This document shows, piece by piece, positions 48,538 through 59,148 of a stretch of DNA of 64,000 bases. Both the position numbers and the translations under genes were made by a program. The stretch comes from a virus. Lineage: Duplodnaviria > Caudoviricetes. Numbering within the stretch: position 1 is the stretch's first letter; every line of letters starts with the position of its first letter. The stretch is from positions 8,388 to 72,387 of the IMG/VR virus record IMGVR_UViG_3300048851_000184. One strand, 5' to 3'. The notes beneath the pieces were generated by a model. The model was not told where the DNA came from. It worked only from the letters and a program-made list of their open reading frames with translations, and ran no database searches.

Positions 48538-51438
48538 GTGGAAAAGTCCGTCTCGATCCGCATGGGCACGACCGGCAAGGCCGATGTCACCCGCACCTTC
48601 GATGAAATGGCCGCTTCCGGTGAGGCATCGGCCAACCGGTGGAGCAAGGCCTACGACCGCGCCGGGCAGGATGTTGAAGCGGCGCTGCAGCGCCAGGCGA
48701 ACGCCGCCGCCAAGATCGCTGCCATCGTTCCGCAGACCGCGATCCAGATGCAGGCGAACGCCGCGGCTGGTTCGAACACGCGCTTCGGCGGTGGTTATGC
48801 GGCAGGCGCTGGTGAGCGGAACGGACTAGGCGAGGGATCAGCACGCGCATCCGCTGCGGTGTTCAAGGAGTTGATCGCCGCCGAGGAGCAGCTTGAGGCG
48901 CGCACCCGGGCTTTGGTTGCCTCGATCGACCCCGTCTGGGCGGCTCAGCAGCGATTCAACGCTGAGATGGAAAACGCGCGCGATCTGATCAGCAACGGCA
49001 AGATCTCGCTCGACCAGTATGTCACCAAGCTGGGGCAGGAGAGGGCCGCCCTCGACAGCGCGACGGCCGCCCAACAGCGCGGGGCAGTATCCGCCGGCGC
49101 CCATCGGGCGGCGATGCAGGGGCTGTCGTTCCAGGCGCAAGACGCGATGACGCAGCTATCGATGGGCGCCAACGTCTTCAACGTCATTGCGGTGCAGGGA
49201 GCCCAGGCTGCGGGGCAGATGGCGAACCTGGAGGGGAAACTTGGCTCTGCCGCCAAGTTCATGATCGGGCCTTGGGGGCTGGCGATCACCGGCGGGCTGA
49301 TGTTGCTCGGGATGCTGACAGATCGGCTGATGCAGAGCCGCCAGGCCTCGGAAGCAGACGAGGCGGCAAAGCGCGGAGAGGCTGCGGGCGCAAACACGTT
49401 GGAGGGCGCCATCAAGGCGCTCAACGACATTACGGGAGTTCACAACCGGTCTCAGGCCGTCGCGATTGATCTGGCGATCGGCAACGCCGACGCCATGCTC
49501 AAGCAGGCTGAGGCTACCCGGGCAGCGACCGCCGCCCGCCTCGCCGACATGAAGGCCCTGCAGGCGGCCAACCGGCAACGCGCGTCTGGCCCAGGGCAGA
49601 ACTCGGAAATGGTCGCGATCGGATTGCCTGCCGGCGACGAGGCGATCGCGAGCGTAGAAGCGACGCTCTCCAAGCTCGACGCCAGCATCATCCGCGGACA
49701 GAATGCCGTGCGGTTCGCGCGGGCGGAGTCCTCCCGCCAACATGCGGTGCAAACGGCGGACGAACTTGACCGGAACTCCCGGCTGCGGATCTCGACCGGA
49801 GCGGTGGCGGATGCTGAGCGCAACCTCGCGAAGGTCCGTGAAGAGGGGCGCTCACAGCTCGCCGCCAAGAAGATCACGCCTGAGGAATACGCCGCCAAGA
49901 GCGACGAAGCCGAGCGGCGGCTGGTAAAAGCGCAGGAGGACGGCCGGCATAGCTCCGATCGCCGCGCGGCATCTCTGGGCCGGCAGGCCGCGGCTATGGA
50001 GGTCAACGCCGACGCCTCGCTGGAACTGGCGCGGGCATATCTGGTTGGCGGTGCTGCCGCGCTGCGGGCTGAGGCTGCCCGCAAGGGCCTGACCGACGCG
50101 ACCCGCCGCGGGATCGACTCGGACGCGCAGGTAGCGCGCCAGCTGCAGGTGATGGTCGGCGAGCAGGTAGCCAACGGCGCAAAGTCCGTCGCCCAGCTGC
50201 GCGAGGAAACCGAGGCCCGCGCCGCTGTCCGCGCCCAGGTGCTCGCCGGCACACTGCCGGTGGAGGGCATGGCGCAGGCGTTGTCCGACGAGGCGGCGTT
50301 GCGGCCCCTGCTCAAGCTCCAGACGGTTGCCCAGGGCGAGGCGCTGACCGAACTGACGAAGGTGATCGAGGCCTACCGCAAAGCGCTCGCCGATGCGCAC
50401 GAGGAAGAGGCGCGGAGCGGGGCTGCCGTCGAGACCAGGGCGTCGAAGGACCGCTTCGCCGAGACGATCGAGAGCATCCGAGATCTAGGTAAGGATCCGC
50501 TGCAGCGCGCGCTCGATGCCGCCCGGCGCGCGGCAGAACGCGACGCGGATGCCAAGAAGCTGACGGGTGAGGACCGGACGGGGTTCGTGGACGCCCGGGT
50601 TAGCGAGGCTCGCGCCACCGAGGGGTACCGCCGGGCGCAGTTCTACGTCAGCACCGCGGACGATCAGCGAGATTCGCTGGAGTTGGCGAAGCTCGAACTT
50701 TCCCTCGCCGCATCTGGCAACGACGAGCGCGATCGCGCCATGGCGAAGCTGGAGATGATCCTCCGGATGAAGCGGGAAGGCATCACCGCCGACAGCGAGG
50801 AAGGCCGCAAGCTGCTGGAGAACCAGGAGCGCCTCGACGGGGTTGCCACCCAGGCGAAGCTTGCTGCCGCCGGCTTCAGGGAGCTGCGCGACTTCGGCAA
50901 CGACTTCGTCGACACGGTGCTGTCGGAGGATACCTGGTCGAGCTGGGGCAACGCCGGCAAGACGATCCTGAACATGCTCAAGAGCGAGTTCGTGAAGCTC
51001 GCCCTGCTGAACCCGCTCAAGAACCTGATCAACGGCGACAAGGCCCTGCCGACGCTGAGCGGCCTGGTCGGCAAGATCGGTAACCTGTTCGGCCCCAAGG
51101 GTGTCGGCAACAACGCCGCGGGCACCGAATGGTGGTCGGGCGGCGCGACGTGGCTCGCGGAGAACGGGCCCGAGATCGTCAACCTGCCGCAGGGTTCGCG
51201 GGTCACGTCCGCAGCCGAGACGCGTCGGCTGTTCGCCGCGAATGATGCGGGCTCGCGTGCTGGCGGCCTGACCGTGATCGTCAACGCCCAGGATGCGGTG
51301 CTGGCGGATACGGTGCGCGGCTGGGTCTCGGAAGGTGTCGGGCTTGCATCGGCGCAGGGCGCAGCTGGCGGCGCAGCTATGGCGGAGGCGAATGACATGG
51401 CCGCAGGCACCCGCACGCTTGGCCGGTGGCGCCGCTGA
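48538..51438 (+). CDS. Tail tape measure protein (966 aa)
   Basis: Shares N- and C-terminal parts with 3163-6384, different middle. Confidence 0.92.
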   Translation: MEKSVSIRMGTTGKADVTRTFDEMAASGEASANRWSKAYDRAGQDVEAALQRQANAAAKIAAIVPQTAIQMQANAAAGSNTRFGGGYAAGAGERNGLGEGSARASAAVFKELIAAEEQLEARTRALVASIDPVWAAQQRFNAEMENARDLISNGKISLDQYVTKLGQERAALDSATAAQQRGAVSAGAHRAAMQGLSFQAQDAMTQLSMGANVFNVIAVQGAQAAGQMANLEGKLGSAAKFMIGPWGLAITGGLMLLGMLTDRLMQSRQASEADEAAKRGEAAGANTLEGAIKALNDITGVHNRSQAVAIDLAIGNADAMLKQAEATRAATAARLADMKALQAANRQRASGPGQNSEMVAIGLPAGDEAIASVEATLSKLDASIIRGQNAVRFARAESSRQHAVQTADELDRNSRLRISTGAVADAERNLAKVREEGRSQLAAKKITPEEYAAKSDEAERRLVKAQEDGRHSSDRRAASLGRQAAAMEVNADASLELARAYLVGGAAALRAEAARKGLTDATRRGIDSDAQVARQLQVMVGEQVANGAKSVAQLREETEARAAVRAQVLAGTLPVEGMAQALSDEAALRPLLKLQTVAQGEALTELTKVIEAYRKALADAHEEEARSGAAVETRASKDRFAETIESIRDLGKDPLQRALDAARRAAERDADAKKLTGEDRTGFVDARVSEARATEGYRRAQFYVSTADDQRDSLELAKLELSLAASGNDERDRAMAKLEMILRMKREGITADSEEGRKLLENQERLDGVATQAKLAAAGFRELRDFGNDFVDTVLSEDTWSSWGNAGKTILNMLKSEFVKLALLNPLKNLINGDKALPTLSGLVGKIGNLFGPKGVGNNAAGTEWWSGGATWLAENGPEIVNLPQGSRVTSAAETRRLFAANDAGSRAGGLTVIVNAQDAVLADTVRGWVSEGVGLASAQGAAGGAAMAEANDMAAGTRTLGRWRR

Positions 51439-52043
51439 TGCCGGTGGAGATCCCGCACCTGCGTATTCGCAGGTTCGCCATGCGTCCCCGCCTGTTCAGT
51501 GGCGAGCAGGAGGGCGCGCTCGGCGGAGAGGATCTGCCGATCCCGCGTCCGGGAGATCGTCTCGCCGTCGACGTGGACACGACGCAGTTCCGGACGGGCG
51601 AAGAGGCGCGCTTGATGACGGCGGCCCTCTTCGAGGCGAGCAACAGCAGCGCGATCATGCGCATCGTCCAACCGAACAAGAGCAGGGGCAGTTCGCCCGG
51701 CAATGAGGCGGTCGTGGATGGCGGCGGGTTCGGCGGCATGACGCTGACGCTGCGCGGCCTGCAGCGCGGCGCGGCGCTCACCCGCGGCAACTTCTTCAGC
51801 ATCGTCCACAACGGCCGCCGCTACGTCCACATGATCGCCTGTGCTGGGCAGGTGATAGTTCCTGACACCGGGCGGGTGGCGCTGCCGATCTGGCCGATGC
51901 TTCGCTTCTGGGCCGTGGATGGAGAACCGGTCGAGTTCGTCGCTCCGATGATCGAGGGCAAGCTGGTGGGCTTCGACAAGGGCGCCGGCTTCGTGCGTGC
52001 GAAGACCGAGCCGCTGTCCTTCAGCATCCAGGAGCGGGCATGA
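51438..52043 (+). CDS. Putative distal tail protein
   Basis: Homolog of 6384-6986. Confidence 0.65.
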   Translation: MPVEIPHLRIRRFAMRPRLFSGEQEGALGGEDLPIPRPGDRLAVDVDTTQFRTGEEARLMTAALFEASNSSAIMRIVQPNKSRGSSPGNEAVVDGGGFGGMTLTLRGLQRGAALTRGNFFSIVHNGRRYVHMIACAGQVIVPDTGRVALPIWPMLRFWAVDGEPVEFVAPMIEGKLVGFDKGAGFVRAKTEPLSFSIQERA

Positions 52044-52684
52044 CCTTCCGCCTGACGCCCCAAATGTCCGCGGCGCTGCGCTCCGGCCGGCACCCCTATG
52101 CGCCGCTCGTGCGCGTGCAGCTGCCCGGCTACACGCTTTGCCAGGTGGTCGGATCTGTGGAGGTGCCCTTCCTGGGGAATATGTTCGTCGGGCGTGACCC
52201 GCGATTCGGGAGCTTGATCGCGGCGAGCAACCTGAAGGACGGCGTGGGCGATGAGGCGCCGGACTGGTCGCTGACGTTCGTTCCGCCTGACGACATCGGC
52301 GCTTCCGAACTGGCGGCCGCGACGGCGCAGGGCGGCGAGGTCGGCGGCTGGTTGGGGTTGATCAATCCGGCCGACGGCAATCTGCTGCCTGAGCCGATCC
52401 AGCTATTTGCGGGCGAGCTCGACGTTCCACGGATCCGCGTAGGCAAGGGGACGCGCACGCTTGAGTGGCGCTGCTCCTCCGCGCTCGAGCCCTTCCATGA
52501 TGAGGAGCGGGGCGCCCGCCTGTCGGACAGCTGGCACCGGCTGGTGTGGAACGGCGAAACCGGGCTCGCGAACATGACGGGCACTGGCAAGACGTCGATG
52601 TGGGGTGTGGAGAAGCCTCCTTCCGCCGTCCGCGTCACCGGCGGCAGCCTGGCCGCGTCCTTCCTGGGGAGCATCGGGCTATGA
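52040..52684 (+). CDS. Minor tail (tail-tip) protein
   Basis: Homolog of 6983-7624. Confidence 0.65.
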   Translation: MTFRLTPQMSAALRSGRHPYAPLVRVQLPGYTLCQVVGSVEVPFLGNMFVGRDPRFGSLIAASNLKDGVGDEAPDWSLTFVPPDDIGASELAAATAQGGEVGGWLGLINPADGNLLPEPIQLFAGELDVPRIRVGKGTRTLEWRCSSALEPFHDEERGARLSDSWHRLVWNGETGLANMTGTGKTSMWGVEKPPSAVRVTGGSLAASFLGSIGL

Positions 52685-53100
52685 CCGTACTCCTTCGCCG
52701 GCAGCAGGTGGCACAGGCCGCGGTCGATCGCTTCAAGGGCCAGCCGCTCGCGTACGGGAAGAACGACTGCGTCCGACTGGCAGCCTTCGTGCTGCGCAAG
52801 ATGGGGCACCGCCCCCAGCTGGCGAAGGCGGGCACCTACAGCAACGCGCTCGGTGCCGCGCGTGCGTTGCAGCGGGCCGGGTTCGAGGATCTGGCGGCGG
52901 CTGTCGACGCACTGGGGCTGCCACGCATCGCGCCCGCCGCGGCATGGGTGGCGGACTTGGTGCTGCTCCCCGCAGACGGCCCCTTCGGCGGTGCGCTGAG
53001 CGTAGCGGTCGGGAACGGCCGTGTGCTGGGCTATCACGAAGACGTGGCCGGTGCCGACATCCTCCAGCCGGTCGAATATCTCGCTGCCTGGCGGGTGTAG
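52681..53100 (+). CDS. NlpC/P60-like tail assembly protein
   Basis: Homolog of 7624-8043. Confidence 0.7.
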   Translation: MTVLLRRQQVAQAAVDRFKGQPLAYGKNDCVRLAAFVLRKMGHRPQLAKAGTYSNALGAARALQRAGFEDLAAAVDALGLPRIAPAAAWVADLVLLPADGPFGGALSVAVGNGRVLGYHEDVAGADILQPVEYLAAWRV

Positions 53101-53457
53101 TTAGAGGCAAGCGCTCAGGACAGGTGGAAGTTCTCGCGGTTGGTCGGGCCGATCGCGAATGCGCCGCGTCTCGATCGCCCTTTCGCTGCCACGGTCATGC
53201 ACCTCCACGACATTCACGACCGACGCGATCCCGGCGGTCCTCATGACTTGGCTGAAGACGACGCTGCGGGGGCCCTCTTCAGACCTGAGCTCCACGCCGC
53301 GATCCTTCGACAGTGCCAGCGCCACGCACGCGACGACATCCGTCATCGGCCGCGGGGTTGATGCGGCGGCGGACGGGCCGCGGCTCTGGAGATCTCCCGT
53401 CGTCTTGCACCCAACGAGTGCAACGGTAGCGGACAGCATAAGGGCAACAGTTCGCAT
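53101..53457 (-). CDS. Antisense lipoprotein moron (118 aa)
   Basis: Signal peptide MRTVALMLSATVALVG-C lipobox; absent at the equivalent position in prophage A. Confidence 0.85.
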   Translation of the reverse strand: MRTVALMLSATVALVGCKTTGDLQSRGPSAAASTPRPMTDVVACVALALSKDRGVELRSEEGPRSVVFSQVMRTAGIASVVNVVEVHDRGSERAIETRRIRDRPDQPRELPPVLSACL

Positions 53458-53486
53458 GGCTCACTCCGAACGACACGCCTTCTGAT

Positions 53487-56108
53487 ATGGCAAAAGCGCT
53501 GAGAACAGCAGCCTTTGTTGTGGGGGCAGTCGCGCTTGTTGCGACCGGTGTTGGTGCAGCAGCAGGCGCAGGCTTACTCGGGGCCACTACTCTTGCCGCT
53601 GGCGCGTCGGCTGCAACTGTCGGCACGCTGGCGACCGTCGCAAGCGTTGCCAGCATTGCCCAGGTAGGCGCGGCGGCGCTGTCGATCGCCTCGGCGATCG
53701 CCCAACCGAAGGGCTCGTTGGGCGGCAACCCGACCGAGTTCACGATCGATAAGGAGTCCGGCATCCCCTACGCGATCGGCCGGACCTATTCGGCCGGCAA
53801 GGTCGTGCATCGCCAGTATTACGGGTCGAAGAACAGCCTGGAGAGTTGGGTTGCGGTCCATAGCCTCGGGCCGGTCAAGAGCCTGGGCCCGTTCCAGGTC
53901 TCCAAGGCGACGGTACCGTTCCAAAACGGCGCGGCCGTGGGGACGTATGCCGGTTATATGTGGCTCGACCAGCAGCTCGGCGCGTGCCCGGAAGCGCGCG
54001 CACTACAGGGGCCGCAGGGGCCATTTCCCGGCTGGGGCCCAGCGTCGAAGCTGTCCGGCCTCGCTGCGGATCTCTGGACGCTCAAGTTCGACAGCAAGGG
54101 CAAGAAGTATCCTAACGGCGTGCCCGAGCGGGGCAGGATCCTGGAAGGCGTGCTCGTGTATGATGCGCGCCTCGACAGCACCTATCCGGGCGGCTCTGGA
54201 CCCTGCCGGCTGGGGCAGGAAGCAACCTACGTCTACAGCGAGTGCCCGGCGAACCACGCGCTAACCTGGGCCTATGGCCGGTTGCAGAACGGCACGCTGG
54301 TGGCCGGCGGCGGGGTCAAGGTGTCCGGCATCGACCTGGCCCCGTTTGTCGAGTGGGCGAACGTCTGCGATGCCAACGGCTGGAGGGCGGGCGGGATCGT
54401 CTACACCAGCGCGGACAATGACTGGGACATCCTGAAGATGATCTGCCAGGCGGGCGGCGCGGAGCCGATGCCGGTGGGCGGGCAGCTGTCGGTGACCTTC
54501 AACGCGCCGCGCGTCTCGATCGGTACGATCACCAGCGGCGACATCATCGGCGACGTCGACGTGCCCGGGACCGCCTCCCGCCGCGCGCGCCGCAACACCG
54601 TGATCTCGAAGGTGCGGCTGGAGAGCCACGGCTGGCAGGTGGTGCCGCTGAACGCGATCGCGATCCCCGACTATGTCGCCGTCGATGGCGGCAGCAGGCC
54701 AAGGGAGATCGAGTTCCCGCTGGTGCAGCAGGTTGACCAGGGCGCGCAGCTTGGCCTCTACGAGATCCTGAACGGCCGGGAGCTGGAGGGCATTCTTCTT
54801 CCCTGCAAGGCGACCATGATCGGCTACCGGCCGGGCGACTGCCTGACGGTGGACATCCCGGAGGCAGCGCTGGTCGGCCGCGATGTGGTGGTGCGCACGC
54901 GGGAGATCGACATGGGAACGGTTGGCGTGACCTTCACCTGCCGGTCGGAGACCGCGTCCAAGCACAGCTTCGCGCTTGGCAAGGGCGGTACGGCACCGCC
55001 GACACCGGACCTTTCGATCCCGACCGTTGACCTGACCGCCCCCGACGCCGCCGACTGGACGGCCAACGGGGCGGTGCTGAGCGCCAATGGCGTTTCCTTC
55101 CCGGCGGTGATCGTCACCGGCGCGGCCGACGACCGGCCCATGGCGGGCGTGCTGTTCGAATACCGGCCCTATGTCGTCGGTGCGGATCCGGAAGTCGGCT
55201 GGAGCGGTGGCGGCATCGACGGGCCGGGGATCACTCGCAAGGAGATCACCAGCGTCCGGTCCGACACCCAGTATGAGGTCGCGGTGCGCTACATGGTCGG
55301 TGGCACGTACAGCGACCGGCTGGTGTTGGGCCCGGTCACGGCGGGCGTGTTCAGCGCCGCCGGCGGCACCCAGGCCGCGATCGCGACGTCGTTCCCGATC
55401 GGCTTGGCGATTGCCGCCGCCGATACTGGTGTGGTGACGATCAGCGCTCACACCCGCCGCTATACCGACGGCCATCCGGACGTGGCGGTCGCCGGCGCCA
55501 CGATCGAGACGGGCCTCGCTCCGGGCGCGTTCCGGGCGATTGGCTACGACGACGAGGAGCGCACGGGCGGCGCGGTGGCGTACCAGCTGTTCGAGGACGA
55601 CATCGATGCCCGCGCGGCGCCGGATCATCCCGGCCGGCACTATCTCGGCTACGCGATCATCCCGACTGCCGGCAGCCCGCCGTCGAGCGGTGGTGGAGCG
55701 ACACCGCCAGGCGGGCAGTGCGTGACGACGGACACGCCGATCCTGATGGCGGATGGCACGGAGAAGTCAGCCGGAGAGATCGCCCCCGGCGACCGTGTTC
55801 GCACGCGGCACGAATTGCGGCTGAACGAGACCGCCGGCGGCTGGGGCATCTTCTCGGTCGAGGCCATCGAGGTCGCCGATAGCGAGGATGTCTGGCAGGT
55901 GACGATCGACGGCCGCGAACTGCGGGCCACCGGCGACCACCTCATCTACACCGGCGCCTGGGTGAAGATGCGCGACGTCGGCGGGCAAATCCCGGGCTCA
56001 CGCCGCATCGTCAAGATGACCGTGACCGATGCCCACACCTACGTCTCCAACGGCATCCTCTCGCACAACATCAAGATGAACCAGCCGGAACAACCGAGCC
56101 AGGACTGA
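53487..56108 (+). CDS. Central tail/host-specificity protein (gpJ-like) with C-terminal Hint domain
   Basis: Homolog of 8053-10644. Confidence 0.88.
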   Translation: MAKALRTAAFVVGAVALVATGVGAAAGAGLLGATTLAAGASAATVGTLATVASVASIAQVGAAALSIASAIAQPKGSLGGNPTEFTIDKESGIPYAIGRTYSAGKVVHRQYYGSKNSLESWVAVHSLGPVKSLGPFQVSKATVPFQNGAAVGTYAGYMWLDQQLGACPEARALQGPQGPFPGWGPASKLSGLAADLWTLKFDSKGKKYPNGVPERGRILEGVLVYDARLDSTYPGGSGPCRLGQEATYVYSECPANHALTWAYGRLQNGTLVAGGGVKVSGIDLAPFVEWANVCDANGWRAGGIVYTSADNDWDILKMICQAGGAEPMPVGGQLSVTFNAPRVSIGTITSGDIIGDVDVPGTASRRARRNTVISKVRLESHGWQVVPLNAIAIPDYVAVDGGSRPREIEFPLVQQVDQGAQLGLYEILNGRELEGILLPCKATMIGYRPGDCLTVDIPEAALVGRDVVVRTREIDMGTVGVTFTCRSETASKHSFALGKGGTAPPTPDLSIPTVDLTAPDAADWTANGAVLSANGVSFPAVIVTGAADDRPMAGVLFEYRPYVVGADPEVGWSGGGIDGPGITRKEITSVRSDTQYEVAVRYMVGGTYSDRLVLGPVTAGVFSAAGGTQAAIATSFPIGLAIAAADTGVVTISAHTRRYTDGHPDVAVAGATIETGLAPGAFRAIGYDDEERTGGAVAYQLFEDDIDARAAPDHPGRHYLGYAIIPTAGSPPSSGGGATPPGGQCVTTDTPILMADGTEKSAGEIAPGDRVRTRHELRLNETAGGWGIFSVEAIEVADSEDVWQVTIDGRELRATGDHLIYTGAWVKMRDVGGQIPGSRRIVKMTVTDAHTYVSNGILSHNIKMNQPEQPSQD
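55719..56069 (+). other. Hint (intein-like) domain, 117 aa
   Basis: CVTTDTPILMADG..TGDH..ILSHN. Confidence 0.88.
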
Positions 56109-56150
56109 GGCGCGCCGCGCCCCAACGCTTCGATACAAAGGGAACCGCAT

Positions 56151-59090
56151 ATGGCGACTGACGCACGCTGGGACATGGCGTTCCGGCGCAACAATGTGCG
56201 CACCTTCACGATCCAGCTGGTGGGCAAGGACATGACCGGCAAGACGATGCGCCAGCAGGTGCGTCTGGCGCCGGACACGCCCGGGGCGCCCGTGATCGCT
56301 CTCGAGACTGTGACCTCGGCTACCGCGGAGGGCCTGCGCCTGGCGAATGTGGAGACGGTCAACGGCGTGCCGGTGAGCACGATCGTCGGCCGGTACAATC
56401 TCACGACCATGCGCGACAAGCTGCCCTACGGCGGCGAGGTCGGCGACGACTATCCCATGGTCCACGAGATCGAGCTCGACGGCGTTACGCGTTTCTACGG
56501 GCGCTGGACCGCGCGTGGCACAGTCATGGACAGCGAGGGCGCGCCGCTGCAGCGGGAGCCGCTGGCCGGGCGGGGCGCACGTAGCGCCGCGACGGCGGAC
56601 ACTGTCCAGGCGTCCGCGACCATCGCCGACGGCGAAGTTCTTGAGGTCGTGATCGATGGAGCGCCTGAGTTGGGGGCGCTGACTGCGCAAGCCGCCGCCG
56701 CCGCTCAAGAAGCGAAGGCAGCCGCCGCTTCCTTCAGCGGCATCACGCAGGCGAATTCCGTCAACCTGCTCGACCCGGCCACGATGGTGGTTAGCGGCAA
56801 GTACGTGGCGTCTAGCAACACCATCAACAACGACGCCGCATGGGCGTACGCGAAAATTCCACGACCTGCTGATGCGACCAGCATCGCCTTCAGCTCGAAC
56901 ACAGCCCGTCGCACTGGCTCGACGTTCCTGGACGCTGCTGGACAGCCGATCGCCGGAGCCTACCAGAGCGAAGGAGGGGCGGCAGCTGCCAGCTACACCC
57001 GCGCATGGCCGGCCGACGCCGCCTTCTTCGCGCTCAACGTCAAGTCTAACACGATAGCTCAACCGACCCAGATCATGGTCAACGTCGGCACCGCGGCGCT
57101 GCCGTATCAGCCCTACGCCCCGGTGACGCGGCTCGCCGAAGGTGCGCTGCCGACCACGACGCAGAAGATCCAGAGCGGGCTGACGAGCGATGTTCTGACC
57201 CAAGTGGTGGTGACGGGGAATAATCTCCTTGACCTGACCACAATGGCGGTTGCCGGCAGCTATGTTTCTAGCAGCAACGTTCTCGTTTCGAACCCAGCGT
57301 GGGCAGGAGTAAAAATCCCAAAGCCGCTGGGGGCAACGAACATCGCGTGGCAGACGAACACAGCGCGCCGCACCGGTTCGACCTTCTTGGATGCCTCGGG
57401 GCAGCCCATGACCGGCGCGTATCTGTCGGACGGTGGCGCTGCGAACACCAGCTGCACCCGCGCATGGCCCGCCGGGGCGGCGTTCTTCTTCATCAACACG
57501 AAGTCGGACACGATAGCTCAGCCGTCCGAGATCATGGTGAACAACGGTACGGCGGCGTTGCCGTATGAGCCGTATCAGGGTGTTCTTCGATACCGTGTTC
57601 GCGCTGATGCAGTCGAGGGAGGCGGGAGCGGCGCGACCACCAACGCCGCGGGCGCGCGCGCGGTATTGACGGTCTCGGGTGGCGGCTATGTGGAGGCGGC
57701 GCACGCAGGCCGGGTCTTCCGCCGCAACTTCCAGCTGGCATCCACGCCGACGCTCGCCGCATCCGGCCTGTTCAACTTCCTGTCGGACCAGGTCGACGGT
57801 ACCACGTTGCGCGTCTGCTCGGACGACATCGCGCCATACCGCGCCTTCAATCCTGCTCGCACCGTCGGCGCCAACCATGGCTACTCGCAGACGCCGATGA
57901 CGGTCAGCGGCGGCCATCCCAAGACGGTTGCGGACATCGGGCAGCGGGTGAGCCTCGGCGGGGCCGAATACATGATCGTCGGCGTGCCCAGCAACACGGT
58001 CCTGAACCTGTCGCCGAATAGCGATAGCAACGACGCGGTCCCATCGGGCACCTTCACCTATGTAGGCGGCGGCTCGAACACGAGCGGTTTCACCGCGACC
58101 GCCGGCACGCCCAAAGACATGTACCCGCCCTACCAGAACCGGCAGTCGCGGGTCATGGTCGATGGAGCGCCGGTGTCCGTCAGCAATGCGGAGTACCGGC
58201 TGACGCGCGGGCTCACCGTGGCCGAAAGCTACGACGTGCTGCCGAAGTCCGAGGTCATGGCGTGGATCGGCGCGAACGGCGCAGGCGGCAACCTGGCGAT
58301 CTCCGGCCGAGACCCGGCCTTCTCGGTGTCCAACGCCTATGAGTTCGACACGCGGGCCAACGTGACGACCTATTCGGACCTCGTCGCTCTCAAGGCGATG
58401 TCGTTGCAGGACATCATGTTCGTGCAGGCGGCCAAGACCACCGACGGGATCGACGGCACGGTCAGCTACTTCATCGCGAACACACTGCCGATCGCCCATC
58501 CGTCCAATGGGGTCACCTATAACTTCGCCATGATCGCGGTGCCGGACACGTCGGCATGGAACGGCGTCCGCCTCAACGTGACGCCGGATCGTGCAACCGG
58601 AGGATATCCGGACAGCGTTGTCATGCTCGGCAACACGATCGGGTTCGCGGTCGGGTATCTTCCGGTTGGCGACACTACGCAGGCCGCTCGGGTGGCGAAC
58701 GCAACGGTCAAGTATCTACAGATCAACGATGGGGGACCGGCAAAGGTTTACCTGTCGGCGATTGACAAGGGGCCGCAGACGCTCGCTCGCGGCGATAGCT
58801 TCTCGACGGTCAGCTACCGGGCGTTCTTTGTCCGAGACCCGAAGCGCACGCTGCAATACTCGGTGTTTACGCGCGGGGCCGACTACTTCCGGGTCGCCTG
58901 GCACAACACTGCGCTGCTCGACCGGGTGCCAGTCCCCGCCGAGTTCGCCGGGCGCCCCTTCGAAGTCGTCCGCACCGCAGGCTCCGGCACCGTGGCCGTG
59001 AAGTCCAAGGTGATCACCGACTCCATCCTGTTCGATGTGTCTGCGGCCGGCTCCTACGCCGACATTTGGCTGAAGATTGCGCGCTCCTGA
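56151..59090 (+). CDS. Side tail fibre/receptor-binding protein (979 aa)
   Basis: Homolog of 10686-13622 with a different second repeat. Confidence 0.8.
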   Translation: MATDARWDMAFRRNNVRTFTIQLVGKDMTGKTMRQQVRLAPDTPGAPVIALETVTSATAEGLRLANVETVNGVPVSTIVGRYNLTTMRDKLPYGGEVGDDYPMVHEIELDGVTRFYGRWTARGTVMDSEGAPLQREPLAGRGARSAATADTVQASATIADGEVLEVVIDGAPELGALTAQAAAAAQEAKAAAASFSGITQANSVNLLDPATMVVSGKYVASSNTINNDAAWAYAKIPRPADATSIAFSSNTARRTGSTFLDAAGQPIAGAYQSEGGAAAASYTRAWPADAAFFALNVKSNTIAQPTQIMVNVGTAALPYQPYAPVTRLAEGALPTTTQKIQSGLTSDVLTQVVVTGNNLLDLTTMAVAGSYVSSSNVLVSNPAWAGVKIPKPLGATNIAWQTNTARRTGSTFLDASGQPMTGAYLSDGGAANTSCTRAWPAGAAFFFINTKSDTIAQPSEIMVNNGTAALPYEPYQGVLRYRVRADAVEGGGSGATTNAAGARAVLTVSGGGYVEAAHAGRVFRRNFQLASTPTLAASGLFNFLSDQVDGTTLRVCSDDIAPYRAFNPARTVGANHGYSQTPMTVSGGHPKTVADIGQRVSLGGAEYMIVGVPSNTVLNLSPNSDSNDAVPSGTFTYVGGGSNTSGFTATAGTPKDMYPPYQNRQSRVMVDGAPVSVSNAEYRLTRGLTVAESYDVLPKSEVMAWIGANGAGGNLAISGRDPAFSVSNAYEFDTRANVTTYSDLVALKAMSLQDIMFVQAAKTTDGIDGTVSYFIANTLPIAHPSNGVTYNFAMIAVPDTSAWNGVRLNVTPDRATGGYPDSVVMLGNTIGFAVGYLPVGDTTQAARVANATVKYLQINDGGPAKVYLSAIDKGPQTLARGDSFSTVSYRAFFVRDPKRTLQYSVFTRGADYFRVAWHNTALLDRVPVPAEFAGRPFEVVRTAGSGTVAVKSKVITDSILFDVSAAGSYADIWLKIARS

Positions 59091-59148
59091 GGCGCAGGCA
59101 CCCACACGTTCGCGACGCCCGGCGCCTTCCGGGCAGGGGAGACCTCCC

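Noticed and set aside
56106-56151. Stop-codon read-through fusing J and the fibre in B (same frame, no intervening stop)
   Set aside because: Not in frame in A, so probably coincidental.
55998-58499. 833 aa antisense ORF (also 32597-34336, 40576-42393, 43808-45553, 20431-21918 and similar)
   Set aside because: Shadow ORFs expected opposite real genes in high-GC DNA; no motifs or RBS.
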